Positions 1-7,364 of a DNA stretch of 30,207 nucleotides are shown one piece after another. Every line of letters begins with the position of its first letter. The stretch's first letter is position 1. The DNA lies in IMG/VR virus record IMGVR_UViG_3300048882_000175, positions 1 through 30,207 of that record; one strand, written 5' to 3'. The position numbers were made by a program, and so were the translations under genes. This stretch comes from a virus. Its lineage: Duplodnaviria > Caudoviricetes. The notes beneath the pieces were generated by a model that ran no database searches, was not told the DNA's origin, and saw nothing but the letters and a program-made list of their open reading frames with translations.

Positions 1-2
1 TG

Positions 3-137
3 TGGAACGAAATTCCTGTAATCCTTGGAAATGTAGTTGGTGGATTAGTTTTAACTGGGCTGCCTCTATACTATGCACATAAAAGAACCGTTGAGGGAAA
101 AGTTGTAAATTCTGAATTTAAGGAAGATACAGTGTGA
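3..137 (+). CDS. 3' end of a formate/nitrite transporter (FNT, FocA/NirC family)-like membrane protein, truncated by the window edge
   Basis: Manual translation of frame 3: WNEIPVILGNVVGGLVLTGLPLYYAHKRTVEGKVVNSEFKEDTV*. The segment IPVILGNVVGG matches the conserved last-helix motif PVxLGNxxGG of FNT channels. Only 44 residues are visible. Confidence 0.65.
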   Translation, partial: WNEIPVILGNVVGGLVLTGLPLYYAHKRTVEGKVVNSEFKEDTV

Positions 138-175
138 GTTCTATGTAATACTAAAGTTCAACTTTAGATATACAT

Positions 176-205
176 AAAAAACCCCGGCTTTTGTTGGGGT
201 TTTTT
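176..205 (+). terminator. Intrinsic terminator, possibly bidirectional
   Basis: AAAAAA-CCCCGGC-TTTT-GTTGGGG-TTTTTT: GC-rich stem with two G-U pairs, flanked by A6 and T6, downstream of the FNT-like stop. Confidence 0.8.
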
Positions 206-232
206 ATTCCTTACTATAAAGCAGATTAAACC

Positions 233-240
233 TATAAATA
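233..240 (+). promoter_or_regulatory. T4-type late promoter (gp55-dependent) upstream of phoH
   Basis: Exact TATAAATA in the intergenic region, 30 nt before the ATG. Confidence 0.7.
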
Positions 241-270
241 CTTGTATATTGTTATTACTAAAGGATCTTT

Positions 271-990
271 ATGTCAAGTAAGAAGAATGTAAAAAGTGCA
301 AAAGCATTAATGAATAAGCAACACCTTGAACTACAACAGTTTGATCCATTAACTGATTCACAATCAGACTTCTTTGATAATTATGACACCGGTAAAAGCC
401 AAGTACTATCTGGTTCAGCTGGTACTGGTAAAACATTTATGTCATTATATAAATCATTTAGTGAAATACTAAATTCAAAATTAAACTATAGAAGAATTGT
501 TATTATACGTTCGGCCGTGGCGACACGTGATATTGGACATCTCCCTGGAACATTAGAAGAAAAACAAGCCATTTATGAGATACCTTACATTGGTATTTGT
601 AATGAGTTATTTAATCGTGGTGATGCTTATGGGTTAATGAAGAAAAATGGTATAGTTGACTTCATGTTAACCTCATATGTACGTGGTATAACCCTCGATG
701 AAACTATTGTGCTTGTCGATGAATTTCAAAACATGACAGCACATGAAGCAGACTCTATTATAACAAGATTAGGTAAAGGTTCAAAGATTATATTCTGTGG
801 TGATACTTGCCAATCAGACTTCACACGTAATGGTGATAAAGACATTAAGAAATTCCTCCAAATATTAAAGCGAATGCCTAATTATTTTATTTTAAACAAA
901 TTTACTACAGATGATATTGTTCGTTCTGGTATAGTTAAAGACTATATTAAAGCAAAGGAACAAGGTATAGTGGTTGATAATGACTTTTGA
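271..990 (+). CDS. phoH: PhoH-family ATPase
   Basis: Walker A GSAGTGKT, IGHLPG, YVRGITL, Walker B VDEFQN, GDxxQxD and DIVRSG are all PhoH motifs. Confidence 0.93.
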   Translation: MSSKKNVKSAKALMNKQHLELQQFDPLTDSQSDFFDNYDTGKSQVLSGSAGTGKTFMSLYKSFSEILNSKLNYRRIVIIRSAVATRDIGHLPGTLEEKQAIYEIPYIGICNELFNRGDAYGLMKKNGIVDFMLTSYVRGITLDETIVLVDEFQNMTAHEADSIITRLGKGSKIIFCGDTCQSDFTRNGDKDIKKFLQILKRMPNYFILNKFTTDDIVRSGIVKDYIKAKEQGIVVDNDF

Positions 991-1204
991 CGATGAAGAA
1001 TTCTTTACAGAAGACAAATGGAATGAAGTATATTTTAAGGAAATGCTTACTATTGAAGAGCAAATAGAATATGCTCATTGGATGGACACCCTTATACGAC
1101 AAGGTTGTGTCTGTATGGATAGTCTTTCCGATAAAGAAATTGATGCTAAAATGTATCGTATGGCACAATGTGATATTAACCAGGAAACAAGAAAAGATAT
1201 ATAA
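974..1204 (+). CDS. Small acidic hypothetical protein
   Basis: 76-aa ORF overlapping the phoH stop and filling the gap to gp3; no recognisable motif. Confidence 0.6.
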   Translation: MIMTFDDEEFFTEDKWNEVYFKEMLTIEEQIEYAHWMDTLIRQGCVCMDSLSDKEIDAKMYRMAQCDINQETRKDI

Positions 1205-1218
1205 TAAGTCTAATTTAT

Positions 1219-1226
1219 TATAAATA
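1219..1226 (+). promoter_or_regulatory. T4-type late promoter upstream of gp3
   Basis: Exact TATAAATA, 5 nt before the ATG at 1232. Confidence 0.7.
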
Positions 1227-1231
1227 CTATC

Positions 1232-1690
1232 ATGCCAAGTACAAATTTTTTAAATCCCACCTCCTTTGTATTACAATTAGATACTGTCGTTTACCCAACG
1301 GCTGAATTTACAGTACAAACAATGGTGTTACCTGATATAGCTGTTAACGGAGCTCCATTAGCAACCCCTTCTAGAAACATTGCTTTAGCTGCAGATAAAA
1401 TTGAATATGGTCCATTCGAATGTTCATTCCTAGTAGATGAAGACCTAATTAATTATCAAGAAATATATAATTGGTTATACAATCAGGTAGATGATAATCA
1501 ATCTCCAGCTAATGTTAGAGATGTTACACTTAATATTATGTCAAGTGCTAATAATGTTACTAAACAAATTAGATTTATTGATGCATACCCAACAATATTA
1601 TCATCACTCCCTTTTGATATTACGACAACAGATGTAGAATATCTAACTGCCGTTGTATCATTTAATTATTCTTATTTCGAGATCGTATAA
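1232..1690 (+). CDS. gp3: Tail completion / sheath stabilizer protein (T4 gp3-like)
   Basis: N-terminal NFLNPTSF, FLVDEDLINYQEIYNWL and C-terminal F-x-Y-x-Y-F pattern. Position before uvsY/uvsW is typical of marine T4-like phages. Confidence 0.8.
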   Translation: MPSTNFLNPTSFVLQLDTVVYPTAEFTVQTMVLPDIAVNGAPLATPSRNIALAADKIEYGPFECSFLVDEDLINYQEIYNWLYNQVDDNQSPANVRDVTLNIMSSANNVTKQIRFIDAYPTILSSLPFDITTTDVEYLTAVVSFNYSYFEIV

Positions 1691-1845
1691 TGATTACAAG
1701 GTGTGTTGTAGTATTTGTAACTGCAGTAGTACTTTCATTAGCTGCTAGTGCATTTTTTAACCAAATGTTTCAAATGCCACAGCAAATGATGCAACAGGTA
1801 ATGCCAGCACCACCTCCTCCATGTACGTGTGAAGAATCTGAATAA
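1690..1845 (+). CDS. Small secreted/membrane peptide (51 aa), not in the ORF track
   Basis: ATG overlaps the gp3 stop (TAATG). MITRCVVVFVTAVVLSLAASAFFNQMFQMPQQMMQQVMPAPPPPCTCEESE has a hydrophobic core and an A-S-A signal peptidase-like site. Confidence 0.65.
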   Translation: MITRCVVVFVTAVVLSLAASAFFNQMFQMPQQMMQQVMPAPPPPCTCEESE

Positions 1846-1854
1846 CTAATTCAA

Positions 1855-1862
1855 TATAAATA
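1855..1862 (+). promoter_or_regulatory. T4-type late promoter upstream of uvsY
   Basis: Exact intergenic TATAAATA; GAGG Shine-Dalgarno follows. Confidence 0.7.
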
Positions 1863-1888
1863 AGTTTATATTATGAGGCAATTGCGAT

Positions 1889-2335
1889 ATGGACTTAGAA
1901 GAAATACTTGAAATGTGGAAAAAGGATTCAGTGATAGATGAATTCAAATTAGATGACACAACAATAAAAAATGCCAGTTTACACTCAAAATACTTGAGTC
2001 TTATTACTGTTGCAAAAATCAAAAAGAAACAAAAGAAAATGAATTATAATATACTACTTAAAGATAAGTGGCTATACTATAATGGAAAATTATCACAAGC
2101 TCAAATAGATGTATTCGGGTGGGAGTATGATCCATTTAATGGGTTACATAAACCACTTAAAGGTGAGATGAATTACTATTATGATTCTGATTTAGACATT
2201 CAAAAGTACCAAGCTGAATTAGAATATCATACTGTCCTTGTAGATACACTCAAAGAAATATTAGATACTATTAGATGGAGACATCAATCAATTGCTAATA
2301 TTATAAAATGGAGAAGCTTTGAAGCAGGTGTCTGA
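1889..2335 (+). CDS. uvsY: Recombination mediator UvsY
   Basis: WKKDSVID, LHSKYL, YYNGK and C-terminal I-x-N-I-I-x-W-R-x-F-x-x-G motifs; directly upstream of uvsW. Confidence 0.88.
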   Translation: MDLEEILEMWKKDSVIDEFKLDDTTIKNASLHSKYLSLITVAKIKKKQKKMNYNILLKDKWLYYNGKLSQAQIDVFGWEYDPFNGLHKPLKGEMNYYYDSDLDIQKYQAELEYHTVLVDTLKEILDTIRWRHQSIANIIKWRSFEAGV

Positions 2336-3803
2336 TGTTAAATTAGAAAAAATAGATGAAGCATATCTTAGAGTTGAATCAGACGATAGGGGAATCCTTA
2401 TGGAGATATCTGAATTTTTTACTTTCTTTGTGCCTGGGTATAAGTTCATGCCTGCATTTAAAAATAAGATGTGGGATGGAAAACTTAGATTATTCGATTT
2501 AAGAACCAATAAGATATATTCAGGCCTTCAAAAATATATAGAACAATTTTGTGAGGAAAGAAAGTATACAATAGAATTACCTTACCATGAGCCATACGAT
2601 AACAATATAGATTGGATTGATTGGTTACCTCTTGGTAAAGATAAAATAATTAAACCAAGAGATTATCAAAAAGATGCTGTTAAACATGCTTTAACTAATC
2701 GTAAGGGTTTATTATTATCACCTACTGCTTCTGGTAAATCTCTCATTATTTATTTGCTTATTAGATACTTTATGGAGTATAATAAGACTCAAAAGATATT
2801 ACTTATTGTACCTACAACATCTCTTGTAAAACAAATGTATGGTGACTTTGCTGATTATGCTCAGGAAGATGAAACTTTTAATCCTACTGAGTGCCATCAA
2901 ATTATGGCAGGGAAGGATAAGAATGCCGATGTACAAATTTATATATCGACATGGCAATCAATATATAAGATGCCTAAAGAATATTTTCAACAATTTGGTA
3001 TGGTAGTAGGTGATGAAGCTCATAACTTTAAAGCAAAATCTCTTACTTCTATTTTATCTAAATGTTCTAATGCTTCATATAGATTTGGGCTTACCGGTAC
3101 ACTCGATGGAACACAAACGCATAAGCTTGTACTGGAGGGATTGTTTGGGCCTGTCTATAGTGTAACTACAACTAAGGCGCTTATGGATGATAACTATTTG
3201 TCTGAGTTAGATATTGATGTAGTGTTACTTAAACATCCAGTTGAATTAGCCAAAATAGTTTCTAAAATGAAGTACCAAGATGAATTAGATCATATTGTTA
3301 CTTATGATCCTCGTAATATATTCATTAAGAATTTAGCATTAGATCAAAAGGGTAATACATTAGTGCTATTCCAATTCGTAGAAAAGCATGGTATACCATT
3401 ACATAAAATAATTGAAAAAGGTGCTCATAAAAATAGAAAGGTATTCTTTGTTGCTGGTATGACTGATGCAGATACTAGAGAAGATATAAGAGCAATTACT
3501 GAAACACAAAATGATGCTATTATTGTAGCTAGTCTTGGTACATTCTCTACTGGTATTAATATTAAGAATTTACATAATATTATATTTGCATCTCCTAGTA
3601 AGTCACAAATAAGAATATTACAATCCGTAGGTAGAGTTCTAAGGAAATCAAAGGATGGTAGACCTGCCAAAGTATATGATATTGCAGATGACTTACATTG
3701 GAAGTCTAAAAAGAATTATACTTTAGGCCATAGTGCCGAACGGATAAAAATATATGCTAAACAGAAGTTTAGATTTAAGATACATGAAGTTCCATTAGTA
3801 TAA
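2319..3803 (+). CDS. uvsW: UvsW SF2 DNA/RNA helicase
   Basis: WDGKLRLF N-domain, PRDYQ, SPTASGKS, GDEAH, GLTGT and QSVGRVLR motifs; true start may be a few codons downstream. Confidence 0.95.
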   Translation: MKQVSDVKLEKIDEAYLRVESDDRGILMEISEFFTFFVPGYKFMPAFKNKMWDGKLRLFDLRTNKIYSGLQKYIEQFCEERKYTIELPYHEPYDNNIDWIDWLPLGKDKIIKPRDYQKDAVKHALTNRKGLLLSPTASGKSLIIYLLIRYFMEYNKTQKILLIVPTTSLVKQMYGDFADYAQEDETFNPTECHQIMAGKDKNADVQIYISTWQSIYKMPKEYFQQFGMVVGDEAHNFKAKSLTSILSKCSNASYRFGLTGTLDGTQTHKLVLEGLFGPVYSVTTTKALMDDNYLSELDIDVVLLKHPVELAKIVSKMKYQDELDHIVTYDPRNIFIKNLALDQKGNTLVLFQFVEKHGIPLHKIIEKGAHKNRKVFFVAGMTDADTREDIRAITETQNDAIIVASLGTFSTGINIKNLHNIIFASPSKSQIRILQSVGRVLRKSKDGRPAKVYDIADDLHWKSKKNYTLGHSAERIKIYAKQKFRFKIHEVPLV

Positions 3804-3806
3804 ATA
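3799..3806 (+). promoter_or_regulatory. T4-type late promoter overlapping the uvsW stop
   Basis: TATAAATA includes the uvsW TAA and lies 5 nt before the ATG at 3812. Confidence 0.6.
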
Positions 3807-3811
3807 GAATT

Positions 3812-4165
3812 ATGGATGAATCAAAAATACCTAAAACATTGGATGAATTACCTATTAAACTTTTCAAGTTAATGAATGGTGAGTCAATTATATCATACAC
3901 CCACAATTTAGATAATGAATTCTGTATTGGTTTAGAAGAGCCAATGTCGGTTAAAATTAATTCAGACTCTGAGTTTGTATTATCTCCTTGGATGCCTTTC
4001 ACAGTAGAGGAAGTACATGTATTAGATAATACCAATATTGTTATGGATTCAATAGTTGACAATAATATGAAAGCACAATACATGCAAATAGTACTTGATA
4101 ACATAAATGACTTTGATTTTGATTTTGATCATAGTCAAATAGAAACAAGTAACACTTACCATTAA
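3812..4165 (+). CDS. Conserved T4-like hypothetical protein, possible Sm/SH3-like beta-barrel
   Basis: IKLFKLMNGESII...EEPM...LSPWMPF pattern, shared with 17226..17513; conserved position between uvsW and gp55. Confidence 0.6.
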   Translation: MDESKIPKTLDELPIKLFKLMNGESIISYTHNLDNEFCIGLEEPMSVKINSDSEFVLSPWMPFTVEEVHVLDNTNIVMDSIVDNNMKAQYMQIVLDNINDFDFDFDHSQIETSNTYH

Positions 4166-4199
4166 TTAACCATTCCACCTTCCTCCGGACATATAGTAT

Positions 4200-4229
4200 A
4201 TTATATCATACTTTGATCGTCTTGTAAAC
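4200..4229 (-). promoter_or_regulatory. Early-type promoter on the minus strand (antisense to the late block)
   Basis: Reverse complement reads GTTTAC-AAGACGATCAAAGTATGA-TATAAT, the same 30-bp architecture and extended TGn -10 as the six + strand copies. Confidence 0.7.
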
Positions 4230-4270
4230 CCCCTAAACGAAAATAAATACAAAAAAGATTTACAAAAAGG

Positions 4271-4300
4271 GTTTACTTTTGGCCTAAAATATGTTATAAT
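4271..4300 (+). promoter_or_regulatory. Early/middle sigma70-type promoter for the gp55 operon
   Basis: GTTTAC-TTTTGGCCTAAAATATGT-TATAAT with upstream A-tracts; GTTTAC is the T4 early -35 motif. Confidence 0.85.
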
Positions 4301-4332
4301 ATATACATGTATCACAAAAAAGGGTTAATATC

Positions 4333-4902
4333 ATGCCAGAAAAAATCAAACCAAGAGACAAACCACACTACGTTAACAATAGAGACTTCTCATATTCGGT
4401 AGTAGATTATGTTAAATCATGTAAAGATATAGGTGAAGGAGAAAAAAGACCTAAAGTAACAAATTATATTGCAACATGCTTTATGAAAATATGTGAAGGC
4501 CTATCTCATAAACCTAACTTTGTAAGATATACATATAGAGATGAGATGGTAATGGATGGAGTAGAAAACTGTCTTAAAGCTATTCATAACTATAACATTG
4601 ATGCTGCTACCAGGACAGGTAAGCCAAATGCATTCTCATACTTTACTCAAATTGCATACTTTGCATTTATCAGACGAATTATTAAAGAAAAGAAACAGGC
4701 CGACATTAAATTTAAATTTATGGAACAGGCAGACGTGGAAGAATTTATGGTTGGTATCGATAAGAACTCACCAGTAGATGGTGCTTATATTGATACCTTA
4801 AGGGAAAGAATATCTACTATGAAACAAAAAGATGATGCCATTAAAGACTTTAGTAAAAAGGAAAAGGAAAAGGAAAAGAAAGGACTGGAAAACTTTACAT
4901 GA
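4333..4902 (+). CDS. gp55: Late-transcription sigma factor gp55
   Basis: HYVNN, NFVRYTYRDEMVMDGVENCL and NAFSYFTQIAYFAFIRRI motifs. Confidence 0.93.
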   Translation: MPEKIKPRDKPHYVNNRDFSYSVVDYVKSCKDIGEGEKRPKVTNYIATCFMKICEGLSHKPNFVRYTYRDEMVMDGVENCLKAIHNYNIDAATRTGKPNAFSYFTQIAYFAFIRRIIKEKKQADIKFKFMEQADVEEFMVGIDKNSPVDGAYIDTLRERISTMKQKDDAIKDFSKKEKEKEKKGLENFT

Positions 4903-5621
4903 TTATAAATGAAAAAATAGGCTTTACATGTTCAAGCTTTGATTTATTACATGCCGGCCATGTAACAATGCTAAAGGAGTGTAAAGATAATTGTGATAAA
5001 CTTATTGTAGGATTAAATGTTAATCCATGTAAGAATGGTAAATATCCAGTACAATCTGTGGTTGAAAGATATGTCCAGTTAAGTGCCATATCAGGAGTTG
5101 ATGAAATTATTCCATACAACACTGAAGAAGAATTGGTTGACTTACTACAATTATATCGTATTGATGTAAGATTCATTGGTGATGATTATAAAGATAAGCC
5201 ATTTACCGGTGATGATTTACCGATGGAAATATTCTTTAATAGACGTGACCATAGATTTAGTTCATCAGGATTAAAGCAGGCCGTGATTAAGAATCAAGAA
5301 ACAAAACAACTCGAAGGTAATGTAGTAAAAGATAATGATACATATATCATTGTTGATAATACAGAACTTACTAAGTTAACAGTTTCAACAACAACTCTTA
5401 GGCCAGGTAAAGAAACAACTGGTCATTCTCATGATGGCATTGAGGAAGTATATACATTTATGTCAGGCACAGGTAAGATGCAAATTGGTGATAATGAATT
5501 TTCTGTTGAGGCAGGTAAAACATTTACTATACCAGATGGTGCTTTTCATAAGGTATATAATACTTCACATGATGAAGACTTATTCTTTATTTGTGTCTTT
5601 AATCAAAGGAGAGATCATTGA
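4899..5621 (+). CDS. TagD/RfaE-type cytidylyltransferase fused to a C-terminal cupin domain
   Basis: N-terminal FDLLHAGH (HxGH), LIVGL, GDDY and FSSS motifs; C-terminal GHSHDGIEEVY...IPDGAFHKVYN is the cupin two-motif metal site. Confidence 0.85.
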   Translation: MIINEKIGFTCSSFDLLHAGHVTMLKECKDNCDKLIVGLNVNPCKNGKYPVQSVVERYVQLSAISGVDEIIPYNTEEELVDLLQLYRIDVRFIGDDYKDKPFTGDDLPMEIFFNRRDHRFSSSGLKQAVIKNQETKQLEGNVVKDNDTYIIVDNTELTKLTVSTTTLRPGKETTGHSHDGIEEVYTFMSGTGKMQIGDNEFSVEAGKTFTIPDGAFHKVYNTSHDEDLFFICVFNQRRDH

Positions 5622-6340
5622 ATATTTTAATGACAGGGTCCAATGGTTATATTGGATCACATTTAAAACCATATTTAGAAGATAAAGGTTATAATGTATC
5701 TCCATATGAAAATGATATAAGAAATTTTAATGCTTGGGATATGGATAAGGTAGATATGGTTATCCATCTTGCTGCTTTAACTGGCGTAAGAAGTTCATTC
5801 GATAAACAAGAAGAATATTATGATGTAAATGTGAATGGTTCTAAACAAATTTTTAAGGTATGTGAAATGGTTAATAAACCTATCATATATACATCATCAT
5901 CTAATGCTAAAGAATGGTGGACAAATCCTTATGCAGTTACTAAAAAGATAATGGAAGAACTTGCCCCTAAAAATTCTATTGGGGTAAGACCACATACAGT
6001 TTATCCTGGTAGACCTGATATGTTATATAATCAATTAAGTAGAGATACAACTCTAATCAAATATATCAATGGAGAACATTATAGAGACTTCACTCATATT
6101 GAAGATTTTTGTTCTGCCATGCTGATTTTAATAGAGAACTATGATATAATAGATGATAAGATAGTTGATATTGGGACAGGTAATGCAACTAGAGTATTCG
6201 ATGTTGCTACATCATTTGGATGGGAAGGAAGTCTTAGATGGAGTCCAACTCCTAAAGAGAGAATCCGTACTGAAGCAGATACTACATTATTAAACAAATT
6301 TGGATGGAAACTAAAATATGAAAATTGCAATCCTCAATGA
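5618..6340 (+). CDS. NAD-dependent nucleotide-sugar epimerase/dehydratase (extended SDR, compact)
   Basis: TGSNGYIG, HLAALTGV, SSS, YAVTK (YxxxK) and RDFTHIED motifs; TTG start with AGGAG at 5607-5611. Confidence 0.87.
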   Translation: MNILMTGSNGYIGSHLKPYLEDKGYNVSPYENDIRNFNAWDMDKVDMVIHLAALTGVRSSFDKQEEYYDVNVNGSKQIFKVCEMVNKPIIYTSSSNAKEWWTNPYAVTKKIMEELAPKNSIGVRPHTVYPGRPDMLYNQLSRDTTLIKYINGEHYRDFTHIEDFCSAMLILIENYDIIDDKIVDIGTGNATRVFDVATSFGWEGSLRWSPTPKERIRTEADTTLLNKFGWKLKYENCNPQ

Positions 6341-7364
6341 CACACACTGTGGAATAAGAAACTCATCAGAAATATTTATGAATTATCAAGAGGAATTTTA
6401 TAGAGATATATTCTTCCCTTATTTGAAAGAGCATGGAATTACTAACATATTTCACTTAGGTGATTATTATGATCATAGAAAGAATATTAACTTTAAGGCT
6501 TTACATCATAATAGAAAAATATTCTTAGAGCCACTAAAGAAGGCAGATATCCACATGGATATTATACCAGGTAATCATGATTGCTTTTATAAGAATACAA
6601 ATGATTTAACTTCGCTTAAGGAGTTACTCGGTTATTATACATCCAATGTAAGTATTATTCAGAAGCCTACTGAGCTTCATGGCGTGCATCTAATACCTTG
6701 GATTAACCAAGAGAATTATGTACCATTCGTAGACTATATTAAAAAGAATGATGGTATTATCATGGCCCACTTAGAGTTAAAAGGCTTTGATGTATTAAAA
6801 GGTTTTGCATCTCCTCATGGTATGGATGGGAAATTATTTAAACATTATGATGCTGTTTATTCTGGGCATTATCATGTAGCATCAATGAATGATAATATTA
6901 GATATCTTGGTTCGCAAATGGAATTTACTTGGAATGATGTAGATGATCCTAAGTATTTCCACATATATGATACCGAAACAAAAGAAATGGAAATGGTTAG
7001 AAATCCACTAACTTTATTTAAACGAATTTACTATGATGATACGGACAAAGATTATACTAAAGAAGATATTAATTCTTGTACTAATAAATTCGTAAAGGTA
7101 ATCGTTGAAAATAAAACCAACCCATTTATGTTTGACAAATTCATTGATAGAATTGCAGATATAAATACTCATGAATTAAAGATAATTGAAAACTTCCAGG
7201 AATTCTTAGGTGAAAATGTTTCTACTTCATTAGAAGATATAGAAAATACTCAAGAGTTAATGGATCATTATGTTGAATCTATTAATACAGATTTGGATAA
7301 AAGCTCAATTAAATCTTTACTTAATTCTTTATATAATGAAGCCCTTGATCAAGAAATACAATGA
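6318..7364 (+). CDS. gp47: Recombination endonuclease subunit gp47 (Mre11/SbcD-like)
   Basis: Metallophosphoesterase motifs DTH, LGDYYD, GNHD, SGHYH, YLGS. Confidence 0.93.
   Translation: MKIAILNDTHCGIRNSSEIFMNYQEEFYRDIFFPYLKEHGITNIFHLGDYYDHRKNINFKALHHNRKIFLEPLKKADIHMDIIPGNHDCFYKNTNDLTSLKELLGYYTSNVSIIQKPTELHGVHLIPWINQENYVPFVDYIKKNDGIIMAHLELKGFDVLKGFASPHGMDGKLFKHYDAVYSGHYHVASMNDNIRYLGSQMEFTWNDVDDPKYFHIYDTETKEMEMVRNPLTLFKRIYYDDTDKDYTKEDINSCTNKFVKVIVENKTNPFMFDKFIDRIADINTHELKIIENFQEFLGENVSTSLEDIENTQELMDHYVESINTDLDKSSIKSLLNSLYNEALDQEIQ

Noticed and set aside
4855-4882. AAGGAA tandem run at the end of gp55
   Set aside because: It simply encodes the low-complexity KEKEKEK tail
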